From Eledone cirrhosa (Eukaryota): DNA of 64,000 nt. Positions 1 through 13,054 of this stretch are shown in pieces; position 1 is the first letter of the stretch; each line of letters begins with the position of its first letter. The position numbers were made by a program, and so were the translations under genes. The stretch spans positions 322,214,001 to 322,278,000 of the forward strand of contig OZ024741.1 in the NCBI GenBank assembly GCA_964016885.1, given 5' to 3'. Under the pieces are notes generated by a model. That model was not told where the DNA came from. It saw only the letters and a list, made by a program, of their open reading frames with translations, and did no database searches.

Positions 1-350
1 AATAAAATAAACAAACAAACAAATAAATAAATAAATATATAGACAGACTAAATAAAAATGGCGTAGACATACAATGTAACGGGAGGAAACAATAGCACAA
101 CTGACGATGTTGCAGATGTGCAACGAAAGAACTTTGATAAACTATATATATGTGTTTGTGTCTATATTGTATCTGTAGTATTTTTTGACCGTTGGTCAGT
201 CAATAGCAACATTGAGGACCGAATAAATTAGATTACCGATATAAAAGACACAGAAGCGAAAAGCGAAAACCAACCAAACAGTGAGTGTGTTATGTTATTA
301 ATTCTGGCAATATTACACAAATATGACCCTCCCCAAGTATAACAATATAT
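1..350 (+). mobile_element. Penelope-like pLTR fragment with HHR motif (copy on - strand at 60021-60330)
   Basis: CTGACGA-T-GTTGCA/gatg/TGCAAC-GAAAGAACTT at 101-134; ends GACCCTCCCCAAGTATAACAAT before a TA-rich microsatellite, like the 3' end of the PLE at 52.4-52.7 kb. Confidence 0.7.
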
Positions 351-352
351 AC

Positions 353-442
<90 letters not shown>

Positions 443-443
<1 letters not shown>

Positions 444-705
444 ATTGATATTAAATAAATGGAAACTATATTTATAAAACCATATTTATTCTATTATCTT
501 TTATAAAACATTTTGTATTTTATCTGATGATAGCGTACCAAACTTTTTGGTACCCTTGAAATATATATAATAGAATAAATATGGTTTTATAAATATAGTT
601 TCTATTTATTTAATATCAATTGTATACTTACTCCAGAAACTTGTCGAGTGCTTTGAATCAGTTATAAACATCTATATTTGTTGGATTTCCAACAAATTAA
701 ATATC
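443..705 (+). mobile_element. Short fold-back HHR element, family A
   Basis: About 54-bp inverted arms (443-496 / 568-621) around the HHR; related copies at 4011-4330, 16640-16970, 28680-28800, 49430-49780. Confidence 0.7.
516..577 (+). ncRNA. Minimal type-I hammerhead ribozyme motif (family A)
   Basis: Stem I TATTTTAT/ATAGAATA, CTGATGA, stem II GTACCA/TGGTAC, GAAA-T-ATAT-A-TA. Confidence 0.65.
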
Positions 706-723
706 TCTCACACACACACACAC

Positions 724-874
<151 letters not shown>

Positions 875-1121
875 CTATATATATATATATATGTCTAGTC
901 AATTTGTACGGGCTAAAAGAAATAACTAGGTAAACTTTATCTGGCTGTCCCTCGCGGAAGATAGCCTGTATCATTTGTCTATTATTTCTTCATAGTAACA
1001 TTTTAAACTTATAGCCTCGTTTAAATGATTATTTATGTGGTTGATTTATACGGACTAGGGAGAGGAAATACTGTATATATTTTATCAAATAGTTCTTCAA
1101 ACTTGCAATTTTATATATATA

Positions 1122-2165
1122 CTAGCAACAGTACCCAGCGTTGCCTGGGTAGGTAAAATAATATCTGCTTTGACGAAAAGGTGTTGATCTTAGCGAATGC
1201 TTCTCGACGACTCATCTATGGCCACACACAGGCCATGCGGGGGAGGGTGGTGATGACCTCTATCACTGAGAAACGCGGGTGACTGACGAAGGGGCGCCGT
1301 TTTCCGACAAATTTTGTTACTCTTCTTCGGAGATATTATCTAAAGAATAGTTTAAACACATCTGCAATAGCACCCATGAAAGAGATTAATGCAAAGAACA
1401 GTATAGCCGGATTGTACAAAGTAACCATTTATCGCAGACGTAAAAAGTTAAAGAATTATCGTTGACACCCGGTTGTAGTAGATGTGAATAGTGTGAACTG
1501 AGATGAACGGAGTCCAAGTAGGAATAAAACCTGGTTGGAAATTTATGAGCTGGCGAGTTTCTTGAAAATCGGTCGTAAGGTGTAGCAAATGGCACAATGT
1601 TGAGTGAAATCGTATGGAATATGTGGGAGGTGGAAAAAAATCATATTTTGAAGAGTTAAACGGCTGCCACGCCGTCTCTGAACAAAAAATGCAAAGTGTA
1701 AAGCTACTATAAGATATGCAATGATAGGTTCTATCGTAGTATAAAAGTTGAACCAAATAAATTGATTTATGTGTGAGGTGGAGCCGAAGTTTCGAATTTG
1801 AACGAAATCGGTTGAAAAATGTGGGAGCTAGAGCCGAAAAGGCGGAAATTTGAGCGAAAAGTTGGTATTTTCGAATATTTAAGCGGCTTCCACGCCGTTC
1901 CTGATGCAAAATATAAATCGATTATAGGATGTCCAATGATAAATTCTATTTTGCTTTAAAATTTGAACGAATTCGGTGGCAAAATGTGGGAGCTAGAGCC
2001 AAACATCTTATTTTTCGATACCTAAAAAAAGGTGACCCCCCATCTATTGATTTTTATCTGCAGAATGACCCCTGAATAAAAAAAAAAGCGATACGCTGAT
2101 ATATTGAAAACACTCCCCGATGACTGTAAAGTTTCATGAAAATCGGTCGTAAGATGTCAGCATAA
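1122..2165 (-). mobile_element. Non-autonomous Helitron-like element (3' portion) with degenerate ~180-bp internal repeats
   Basis: CTAG at 1122-1125 with hairpin TACCCAG/CTGGGTA; recurring AAAATGTGGGAGCTAGAGCC and GAAAATCGGTCGTAAG motifs. Confidence 0.55.
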
Positions 2166-3080
2166 CCAAGAACCTGGTAAGAAACGTTTCTTTGAGGCTT
2201 TCCCGTCTATCTACAAACGAGCATATTTTCAACGACCATTCCACATATTACAATGAAGCTCTTGCTCGGAGTGGATTTGTCGATAAGGTAGCATATACAG
2301 AGTACGAGAATAAACCTAGGAAAAATAGATCCCGACGCATTATATGGTATAACCCACCATATAATATGGAGGTGGCCACACCATTAGCTAAGATCTTTCT
2401 CTCCCTTATTATGAAGTATTTCCCCGCAGCAGATAAATATAGTAAACTTTTTAATAGAAATAACATTAAAATTTCTAACTCTACGACTCCTAACCTTGCA
2501 CATAACATCACAGCTTCAAATTTAGCTAAATTACCTAGCCGTAGGAACACGTGCAACCCTGTAGCTAGTAATAACTGTAATTGTAGGAATCGGGTTGACT
2601 GCCCCCATCCGGGAAATGCCACTCTAGTAACATTGTCTACAAACGTAAGGTTGAAACACCCACGTCCCGTAGGACCTTCATAGGGTTAACCGCCAATAGA
2701 TTCAAGCAGCGTCTTTACATGCATACCCATTCTTTTCTTAACACTTTAAGAAGGAATATGACGTCACTTTCAGCTTATATCTGGAGTCTAAAAGACAGCC
2801 ACACCCAATATAAGTTACACTGGGAGATCCTAGTTAAGGCTAGATCGTATAACGGAAATAAAAGACCATGTGACCTCTGCGCCGCTGAGGCCCTGGAAAT
2901 ACTCTACGCCAAAGACCGCATCTTAAACAAAAAATCTGAGGCAATTTCGACTGGTAAACATAAATTGCACAAAACTTTCCTGTATTACAGCCCCACATTA
3001 TACCCTAACGGCTAGTACGAACTATACGCGGATATTTTACGTCTTGATGTGGTAGCTAGTATATGTTATGTTTATACCAT
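2165..3080 (+). pseudogene. Penelope-like retroelement 3' half (RT thumb + GIY-YIG endonuclease), frameshifted
   Basis: IIWYNPPY, KLFNRNNIKIS, CNCRNRVDCP, NIVY..FIGLT..FKQR, TSLSAYIW, CDLC..E, LNKKSE motifs across ORFs 2192-2683 and 2719-3015. Confidence 0.85.
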
Positions 3081-3082
3081 TA

Positions 3083-3144
<62 letters not shown>

Positions 3145-3489
3145 TAAAGGTGGTATTTTAAATAAACATGTTTTAACGGTTTGTTATCCTTTATTTACTT
3201 CTCCACGTGCTTCCGTTCTGCTAATTCTCTCGCCCACTAGATATTAACACTTCTAATATTTAACACTGCCGGCACCAGTATTGAGCACCTTCTGCATGTA
3301 TCGCCTATCCCTCCTCTCTCTCGATACTTAAATATTATATATATATATATATATGTATACAGAATATTTAATATTTGAGTTTGAATTATTTTTTCCCACA
3401 TCCTACGTTAACTACTTTCCGATTTTGACGCTATAGTCACTTATATATTATGGAATACTGTGGCTTCTTGCTACAATACTTTCTATACC

Positions 3490-3645
<156 letters not shown>

Positions 3646-3685
3646 CAAACATATTCTGATACTTTTTATTATATTTCATTATTCC

Positions 3686-3822
3686 CAAATCCCGCCGAGG
3701 TTAACTTTGCCTTTCATCCTTACGGAGTCGATAAAATAAAGTACCAGTAATGCACTGGGGTCGATTTAATCGACTTCCCTCTTCCCAAAATTGCTGGCCT
3801 TGTGCTTATATGAGAAACCATT
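3686..3822 (+). mobile_element. tRNA-derived SINE family S1 (5'-truncated)
   Basis: Core CCCGCCGAGGTTAACTTTGCCTTTCATCCTTACGG..GTCGATAAAATAAAGTACCAG, seen more than 12 times in the window. Confidence 0.85.
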
Positions 3823-3976
3823 ATGTAGATATAAACCTATATATCAACGCCTGTGTTTAGATATTGATTATGCGAATTATTTCATAACATTTAAAAATAA
3901 TTAGATGCACAACTCCCCTGAAACATGTGTAACGAATTAAATATGATTTAAAAAATTTTTTTTTATCTATATACAT

Positions 3977-4010
<34 letters not shown>

Positions 4011-4013
<3 letters not shown>

Positions 4014-4328
4014 AAAGTTCTATTTAAATTATTGGGATAAAACAAGCAAATATTTTTATAACTGATATAAAGCACTCAACAAATATTTGGAGTAAAAATA
4101 CGATATTAACAAATGGAAACTATATTTAGAAAACCATATTTATTTCATTATACAGCTTCCAACAGTAATGGTTGCATTTTTTAAGGGTATGTCAATATTT
4201 ATTTATAAAACTGATCTATATTATATTTTATCTGATGAAAGCACATCTTCATTTAACTTGGTGTCCTTGAAATATGTATAATGAAATAAATATGGTTTTA
4301 TAAATATAGTTTCCATTTGTTAATATCG

Positions 4329-4330
<2 letters not shown>
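4011..4330 (+). mobile_element. Family A fold-back HHR element
   Basis: CTGATGA at 4232, GAAA at 4269, stem I TATTTTAT/ATGAAATA; inverted 3' segment at 4011-4153; flanked by (TA)n. Confidence 0.7.
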
Positions 4331-4360
<30 letters not shown>

Positions 4361-4927
4361 AATAATGGAGTTGCGGCGTTGCAAATGGGTTACATATGAA
4401 AAAGTAAGTCCTTCATCAGTGGGCTTCCAACCGTCCTAGGCATTTCATCGCTTTAAAGGCCATATACCTCAGGTTGGTGCGAACAACGGCTAAAAATGTC
4501 GTTGGGACACGTAAATAAAGGGGACGCTAGGGTGAACAAACAAAATGGTTTAAGCAACAGAAAGTGAGAAAAAAGAGACAAGTCCCAGATTTCTATGAAT
4601 ATAAACTCGATAAAATCGTGAACGAGAGAATAAAGACCATCAAACCTGGTTGAAATGTGAGCAAGGAAGGAATTTTGCACAGGTCTAACGGGAGGAAGAA
4701 GGGGTCTGGTCTGCGAATTCGGTAAACATAAGTTCTGTATATATATATATATATATATAGTATTAAGGATACTATTTATGGTTATGCAAATACAAAAACC
4801 TTTTGTAGTTATATATATTTTTACAAACCCTAAATAGTGGTAGGCAGTAATATATTACTACCTTATTACCAGTAAGTTAAATAGCTCAATGTAATAACAT
4901 CAGATGATTTACAGAGCAGTTATATAT

Positions 4928-5773
4928 AAGTTATAAGAATCAAAGAACTGTTCAAAACATTTTTATGCTTACAACTATTTCCTCCAAACCGAGGTTTGGA
5001 TTCTTCGGAGCAATTTATTAATGAATGAACACTTGTATGACCTCCTTTTCAACCCAAGAGACATACAGATACATATGCAAATATTGTTGCTTGGTGGTTC
5101 AACATCTATTACAGCATTTAGTCTGGCAGTACACATTTAGAGATTACATTCATATTAAAAGATAAAATCAAAAATACAGGTTAAAATACAACATGAAAAT
5201 TAATGCGATAGGATAGTTATAAGCGGTTATTGAGTGCAATAGTTATAAGTGTGGCAAGCACGTGCGTCTTGTTTATATAATGCTATAGTGTGGCAGAGTG
5301 TTTCATGTAATGGAAGCACTTAAACAGGTGATCAAGAGTGTTAAGGGGGTTGAACTGGTAATGAATTCTTTATATGATTGTTATAGCCTGTGCGTGGAGA
5401 AATAATATAAGCATTAAAAATATTGGAAATGCGTAGCAAAGCGATGATATGGATTTCATGCACAGCAACATTTTCACAGTCCGGGGAGCGTATTTTTCAG
5501 ATTATATGCCCCTCACATAATACACGACGATTCGATATTGGGCGTTTGACGATCCTGTTAGAGAATCGTAGTCTGTTGGTCTTTAGCTCAATACAGCAGG
5601 TTGTTTGTTACGTTGCGAGAATCGAAATCGAAAAAAAAAAAAAAAAAAAAAAAAAGTATGTCATACAAGTGTTCATTCATTAATAAATTGCTCCGAAGAA
5701 TCCAAACCTCGGTTTGGAGGAAACAGTTGTAAGCATAAAAATGTTTTGAACAGTTCTTTGATTCTTATAACTT
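4928..5773. mobile_element. Element with ~113-bp inverted termini, each carrying an HHR-like motif with core CCGAAGA
   Basis: 4928-5040 is the reverse complement of about 5660-5773; TGCT-CCGAAGA-A-TCCAAACC/tc/GGTTTGGA-G-GAAACAGTTGTA-AGCA at 5689-5735. Confidence 0.65.
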
Positions 5774-6405
5774 ATATATATATATATATATATATATATC
5801 AATGATATTGATATCTATATATTAATTTCAACAATGTCAGTATTCCGTGTGTCATAATTCTCGATTATCATTGGTTCATAGGTTTCAAACAACTCCGCCC
5901 ACCTCAACGACGCCAAACTTAAATTAATATGCATAATGCCAATGAGGGAGTGAGAGGGGAGAGTAAAATAAGAAACAGAGGCAAAGTGAATGCTGTGTTG
6001 GATTCACTATGTATGTGTCAGTGTAGAGACGTGTGTGTGTGATGTGCGTGGAAATAGGAGGGGAAGGAAAGCAATAACTATTAACATGGGTGCGTGTGTA
6101 TGTACGTGCGTGTATGTTTATGTGTGTGTGCGTGCAACGTTCCACAGAAAGTAAAAACTATCAACATGTGTGAGTGTGTGCGTGTGTGTAAGTGCACGGG
6201 TGCGTGTGTAAGTTTATGTGCGTGTGAGCGTTCCCATGCGTCTATGTGTGTGTACGTGCGGCGTTCCACAATCGCCACGCAGTTTATCTGTCTGTGTGCC
6301 TGTCTGTCAGTCTAACATACACAGAGTTGTGAAGGGAGTAAATAGGGACCTTTTTTTACATTGACGGACATCTTTTATATTTATTATTGTGTCATTTTTT
6401 GACAA

Positions 6406-6663
6406 TTGCTCGAAATGAATACTGATAATAAAAGCAATTCGACTTTATCAAACAGTGAACCACAGCGGCGACGGCGTGCAGCCAGGAATGAAGAAAAACG
6501 GACAGAACAGCGCCATCGGAACGCCGAACTTCAGAGGCGAAGACGTGTCGCCATGAATGAAGAGGACCTGGCTGAACAACGCCAACGAAACACTGGAGCC
6601 AAGCAGCGACGGCGTGCTGCGATGGTTGAAGTCGAACTGGCTGAGCATCATCTTTTATATTAA
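6406..6663 (+). pseudogene. Probable Helitron RepHel N-terminal charged-repeat remnant
   Basis: Repeated RRRRAAxNEE..EQRxRN units resemble Helitron N-terminal repeats; no catalytic motif present. Confidence 0.4.
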
Positions 6664-6885
6664 TTATCTATATCTATATCTACATATAATATAAAAGATT
6701 GGAACTTCCATCTTCCTTTTGAGAAACGTGGAACAACCACGTCTATACAATGATACACGTTTTACAGTCAGGCAGAAGATGAACCATCTCATAGAGGTCA
6801 CTATTCTAGATAGGAGCACCTAGAATTGTTCATATACTATGCACAAACGGTACAACGAAGAATCTGGTATATATATATGTTTATG

Positions 6886-6984
<99 letters not shown>

Positions 6985-7004
6985 TCATATATATATATAT
7001 ATAA

Positions 7005-7112
7005 TAAAGAGGGTGTGATAAGATAACAGGTGGACCGTAACGCACCAGAGTACTCGATATTTAGGGTAGTAGAGCAGGTAATAGGAAAAGAGTCAGGACC
7101 CCGACGACTGAA
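7005..7112 (-). mobile_element. Fragment of family E short element (see 48895-49281)
   Basis: GGTGGACCGTAACGCACCAGAGTACTCGATATTTAGGGTAGTAGAG matches 48918-48965. Confidence 0.7.
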
Positions 7113-7523
7113 ACATACAAATATATACATATATACACATACATATATACATATGTGTATGTGTGTGTGTGTGCATATCTATGTATATGTGTGTGCATGT
7201 GTATGTATATGCGCGGGGACATAGAAATAGTCGGGCTGGATACCCATCGTGCGGTTAAACCACTGGGAATGACGGAACCCTAGTCTTTGTCAGGGCATTC
7301 TTCTAGGAAAAGGCAACTCAAGAAACTGGGATAACTCCGACATAAAACCTGCGGCTCAGTAGTTACCGATGATGTTGAGCTTTTCTTCTTTTCGGGTTAT
7401 ACCTACTTTCGCTCAGAGAGTGGGATTGGCTCAGTGCACAGTCTTTCCTCACTTTAAAAAAAAATCTTCACGCACAGGCATTGCACGATAGCATTAATTA
7501 ATAATTATAAAGAACTTTATGGT

Positions 7524-7640
7524 ATGAGTTCAAATCTCGCCAAGGTTAACTTTGCCTTTCATCCTTACGGGGTCAATAAAATAAAGTACCAGTAATGTAC
7601 TGGGTAATTGCTGGCCTTGTGCCAAAAGTATAAACAATTA
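7524..7640 (+). mobile_element. SINE S1
   Basis: B-box-like GAGTTCAAATC plus S1 core and tail. Confidence 0.8.
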
Positions 7641-7702
7641 ATTAATATTTATTAATAATGTTATATCGTGCAATGGCTATACTCGATAACGAGGGGAAGC
7701 CA

Positions 7703-7754
<52 letters not shown>

Positions 7755-9118
7755 CTCACTTTCTCGAAAGCAACAATTTGCTGAACTCCAATCTACATTG
7801 GTTCCGTAATGGAAGGGATTGCCTAACGCAGCTACTGCATCACTTTGATGACATTTCGAGAACTTTGGAAGAGGGCTCCGACACTGATGTCATCTACCTT
7901 GATTTCAACAAGGTCTTTGACAGGGATAATCCCAACATTCTACAGAGAAAACTATCCAGCATTGGTGTCACTGGAAAGTTGCTGTAATGGATCAAGTGTT
8001 TCCTGTGAAACAGAGCCCAACATATTGTAGTCGAAGGAGTAAAATCCAGCCCAACCAAAGTCAGTAGTGGTGTTCCACAAGGCATTGTGTTGAGCCCATT
8101 CTTTGCATTATCTATATTAATGACATTACTGACATCATCAAGCACAGCAGCATAAAAATCTTCGCAGATGATTCGAAGCTCCAGAAAGTTATCAATGACG
8201 TAGGTGACCGGATATGCCTCCAATCCCATCTACTGGTTGTTATCCAATGGGCGGAAAAGAACAATATGCTGCTGAACGAGGATAAATTTCAGTTAATCTC
8301 CTTTGGAAAAGAGGATGCCTTGAAACACCCATACTCCCTTCCTTCAGGTGAAACTCTCGTGGCATCCAACAACATCAGAGACTTGGGAGTAATTGTGGAC
8401 AACAACATAAGTTGGGTCACTCATATAAACAGCAAAGTTGACATGGCCCGCAGAATGTGTTCCTGGATTCTCAGAACCTTCCAGTCGAGAGATATCCACA
8501 CTATTATCCTTCTTTTCTCCCCTTTTGCCCGACCACACCTTGAATACTGTTGTCCACTGTGGTCGCCTCACACGAAACAAAGTATCATGAAAATTGAAGC
8601 ATCTCAAAGGTCAATCACGAAAAAGATAGATGGCATATCAGCCCTTGACTATTGGGGGTCGACTAGAAAACTCAAACTTTATTGCCTCCAACGCCGCCGT
8701 GAGCGCTACATTATCTGCATGATGTGGAAAATATTCCATCAGCATTGTTCAAATGATGTTGGCATCACCTTTAAACTACACCCAAGGCTTGGGCTCTGTG
8801 CTATTCGCCCACAAAAATCACATTCGCATCACACAACAACAATACGGCACAATTATTTCACCTCAATTGGCCCCGCTCTCTTCAACATTACACCAGAACC
8901 CATTAAAACAGAAACAAATCCCATAAAGTTCGAGAAGTCTTTGAACAAATTCCTTCAAGAAATCTCGGATAAACCTCCCACACTCGGATATGTCTCTGCA
9001 AACAATAACTCTCTTCTTGAGTGGACCATGGTGTCCAAATCCTGATTTGAAAGACTTCGTCAGGTGGTGCTATAAAGTTAGAAATGGCCTATCAAAGTTA
9101 TTAAAGTTATCAAAGTTA
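7755..9118 (+). pseudogene. CR1-group LINE, 5'-truncated reverse transcriptase with stops/frameshifts
   Basis: DVIYLDFNKVFD, SGVPQG, IFADDSKL, RDLGVIVD, RPHLEYCCPLWSP; 3' tail of tandem AT(C/T)AAAGTT at 9091-9118. Confidence 0.9.
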
Positions 9119-10111
9119 TATATATATATACTAGCTGAGGTACCCGGCTTCGCCAGGGTTAACAAATGTTAAGAGAAGACCGGCAGAAGAGAAAACGTCT
9201 GTATTGAATGTATTGTCTTGTTTACAGTGTGTGTGTATTGTGTGTGTGTATGTTTGTGTGTGTTTGTGTATATATATGTGTGTGTGTGTGAGTGTTCCTG
9301 TGTATGTGTGTGTGTATATATATATATATGTGTGTGTGTATATATATGTGTGTGTGTGTACCTGTGTGAGTGTCCGTGTGTGTGTCTGTGTGAGTGTTCA
9401 TGCGTGTGCGTGTATATGTGTGTGTGTGTGTGTGCGTGTGTGTAAACCACCGTTGGAATCGGAGACATAGGCCGCGAAACACGATCATCACTAACAACGA
9501 ACTCGAGAGAGAATCCCTTATGGTTGATTCCCAACCTGCTAGAAATAACAGTCAGGTTGGTTAGCATACGTGGTATGTCTTTCTTCTTCTTTGGTGTTAT
9601 AAAATTAGTATCAATAAACTTTCCTGGATATACTCTTATCCCAATCCTGTACATACTTTCCGATTGTCACTTCGTTTTTTTCGTGTGATACGCGAAGGAA
9701 CCAACCAACAAACATCTCTCTTATATATCTCTTTTATTTGTTCATTCAAAATATTTTTCAGCTAATTCTGTCGTACAATATACACCAACAATCGTTATCT
9801 CATGCTTAAAACATATGAATAGCAGCGATATATGCACCATATCAATCAAAAACGATATGAGAATTGAATACCATACTAAAGCGCCAGTAAGCTTGCTAAG
9901 AAACTGCAGATAGAAATGTTAATAAATACAACATTTGGCTTGGGTAAACTTTAAGATGTTCTTTCATTGTAGGTTTCTTTTCTCAGCCAGTACGTTAAAG
10001 AAAATTGATAGTTACAACAATAAAGGTTGAACAGAGAACAAATTTTTTAACAAACTTTACAATAATTTGTACAACCATAATGGAAATTCTAAGTAACAGA
10101 AAATAAATAAA

Positions 10112-10298
10112 TTACATTGTTAGAACCTCAGAGTATACAATATTTTTTGTTCGACTCTCGGGAGCAAAGATAAAGAGATTGTTTGGCGAGCTCACCCTAG
10201 AGCATGCTACATACAATTGACCATGGTTTTCCCAGATGAAGGCCAGACACATTTAGGGTTTGGCCCTGAGCTTTGTTGATGGTAATCGCGAAGCTTAG
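10112..10298 (-). pseudogene. Pif1-type helicase C-terminal remnant of a Helitron
   Basis: Manual translation: FAITINKAQGQTLNVSGLHLGKP / HGQLYVACSRVSSPNNLFIFAPESRTKNIVYSEVLTM* (one frameshifting deletion); parallels the end of ORF 46740-48065. Confidence 0.85.
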
Positions 10299-10316
10299 TC
10301 TCTCTGTTGCTCCAGT

Positions 10317-10555
10317 AACATTTTTTCTTCTGGAAAATCTGATCTTGCGGCCAGGCTAGGACTTTTTGGGTGGCATATCGGCAGTAACAATGAGGATAAG
10401 CCGTCTGTGCTTTCGTGAAATAAATACGTTTGTTATAACATTTTTTCTTCTGGAAAAGCTGATCTTGCGGCCAGGCTAGGACTTTTTGGGTGGCATCTCG
10501 GCAGTAACAATGACGATAAGCGTCTGTGCTTTCGTGAAGTAAATACGTTTGTTTA
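10317..10555. repeat. Tandem duplication of a ~120-bp unit
   Basis: TAACATTTTTTCTTCTGGAAA..CTGATCTTGCGGCCAGGCTAGG begins at about 10317 and again at 10437. Confidence 0.9.
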
Positions 10556-11043
10556 TATATTTTTTTTTTGTGTATGCAAAAATATCTGTACACGAATATA
10601 TAATTATATATATATAAATATATTAAAATAACAGATTAAAGTTTAAGCAAAGAATCGCTGCTTTCACCTTTAACGGGATCTTCTGAAACTAAAAAAATCA
10701 ATCTGTGAACGCAGAAGTAAATATTTCGAAAAACGTTGCAACCGAAAGAAAACAGGAAGATGATACTTTGGTTCGTGAAGACGTTAGGAATGTCGTATAA
10801 CCGGAAGTGTTGACATTTGAAAATTTTAAAGAAGTGAATATTTAAATAATGTCTTTAATCTTTTAACAAAATTCAGTAGACAAAAATACCCTCACTTTCT
10901 TACTTGGAAAAAGTTACATCTATGGTGCAAATTTGGTGCTGTTTGTTCCAGCCGCTTGGCGGAAAGTTTGTTACTTACATACGGCCGTCAGCTTTATAGT
11001 ATATATATATGTATGTTTCTTTATTGATAGATATGATATATAT

Positions 11044-11255
11044 AATCAATACGTTAGTAGAGAAGAAGTATATTTATTTAATACTGAAATGGTTTCTACA
11101 GGGTGAAAACTGTTTCATTCGTATGAAGTCATCAGGAATGTCAAATAAATAAATCTATAAATCTACAAAGAAATCAGTAAATATTTAATTTTACCAACTT
11201 TATCTGATATTCTTGATGATTTCATACCAATGAAATAGTTCCATTCTTATAGACG
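11044..11255. mobile_element. Family F short fold-back element (degenerate HHR-like core); relatives at 11745-11885, 21450-21560, 28950-28998
   Basis: Shared GACTAGAACTGTTTCATTCG and CAATACGTTAGTAGAG blocks; inverted CTGATGA-TTC..GAAT-GAAA segments. Confidence 0.45.
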
Positions 11256-11439
11256 TCATCTCGCCCCCTCTCTCACTCTCTATCTCCCCCCTCTCTCTCT
11301 CTACACACATACACATTAAATTCTTCATTCTTTTCATATTTTCAACCCACATACATTTGATGTTTACACGTCATATATATACGAAATGTATATATACATA
11401 TATACACACATTTAGTCAGTATTATATACATTTTCAAGT

Positions 11440-11745
11440 ATCTCGGAGATCAGTGAGTCACTCCAGCAAGAGCCGTTACTTCTCCGAATTGAGAGATCTC
11501 AGCTCTGACACCATGGGCATGTGGTTAGAATGTTTCAGGAAAGAATTACTGGACAAAATTTACGGGCAAAACCAACCGGCAAGAGACCCAGGGGTAGACC
11601 CCGAGCAAAATGGTTGAATAACATCCATGAGCTTGGCTGGTCACGCTTGGGGATCCAGCCGGATCAGTTGGAGACGGTTGCTTCTGACAGAACCCGCTGG
11701 AGGGAGTGTTTGAGGACACTACACCCACGAACCTCTCAAGAATAA
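11440..11745 (+). pseudogene. RTE-clade LINE 3' fragment
   Basis: GHVVRM..R, GKRPRGRPR..W, ASDRTRWR C-terminal motifs. Confidence 0.8.
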
Positions 11746-12227
11746 GGACTAGAATTGTTTCATTCAAGAGAAATTATCGGGGCTTTCCTGGTCATCTTTT
11801 TTTAATGAAACAGTTCTAGTCTTGCAGAAGGCATTTCTATATTAAACATGATGTTTGCACTCTATTAATGTATTGAGTACCTTACTTATTGCGGTTACTC
11901 CCGATTGAACCCAGGACTCACGCACACACACACACATATATATATAACAGTATCACATAGAAGCTGAAGCTGCAATAGGACAGACACCAGTCGAATTATT
12001 GGAGGTTGCCCTTAAGCACTCGATGAGGCGAGGAATGAATTTCTCAATTAGAATGAATAGATTAATTTATATGAGAGACACAATAAATAATATATAGGAC
12101 AAGTGTATGTAGCAACAGTATATAACAACAACAACGAATACCAAAAGGGAAAATAATTCCTCACCTGGACCTTGATTTGTGCAGAACGAGTTGCAGTGTG
12201 CATATGCAAGTCGTATATATATATATA

Positions 12228-12494
12228 CTAGCTGTCCCGTCCGGCTGGCGCCCGGCTAGGTATATCTTCCCCCACCACTCCACTGCAAAGATACCACACA
12301 CCCTCCCGTGTCACATTGTCCTTCCGACTTCGTAGCAAAGGGGAGGAGTTACCGTAGAAATGAGTTTAAAAAGAAAGAGTTAAGCTGTGTTGTTAATATA
12401 TATATATATACACACACAAACACACACACACACACATACATACATAATACATACATACATACATATATACGACCGTCAGCTTTATAAGTATAGA
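12228..12494 (-). mobile_element. Mini non-autonomous Helitron
   Basis: CTAG plus CCGG..CCGG hairpin at left; 5' end (rc) TCTATACTTATAAAGCTGACGG similar to the 9131-11003 element. Confidence 0.65.
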
Positions 12495-12710
12495 TATGTG
12501 TGTGTGTTTGTGTATGTGTGTATATGCATGTGTGTGTGTTGTGTGTGTGTTACTTATGCGAGCGACGACAGATGAAAGATATACTACGGAAATGAACGTT
12601 ATTTTTCAATCACTGCTACATTTGATCATACACATTGTTTATTTCAAAATTATTTTAATGCCGATACTTGCTTTAACGTCATTGGAAATTCGTTCACTTG
12701 GTGGTCTCTC

Positions 12711-12796
<86 letters not shown>

Positions 12797-13001
12797 TCTA
12801 TGTGTATATGTTGAAGGGAGATACGGAAACTAAAACAGTGTTTTCATATAGAGAGTGAAGAGCGACAGGGCGAGTAAAGCAGTTAAATTATAGAGAGGGG
12901 GAATGATCTATTATAGAGAGAGGGAAAAGCGACGGAGAGAGTAGGGAGGTGTATAGGATACATACATAATACATACATACGACGCTAAGCTTTATAATAT
13001 A

Positions 13002-13050
<49 letters not shown>

Positions 13051-13054
<4 letters not shown>

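Larger units (their letters stand above)
9131..11003 (-). mobile_element. Internally deleted Helitron
   Basis: 3' CTAG at 9131-9134 with CCCGG..CCAGGG hairpin; 5' end (rc) TATACTATAAAGCTGACGG; contains a Pif1 remnant. Confidence 0.8.

Noticed and set aside
7213-7460. Possible RTE 5' UTR with an HDV-like ribozyme
   Set aside because: Only a vague resemblance; could not build the nested double pseudoknot by eye
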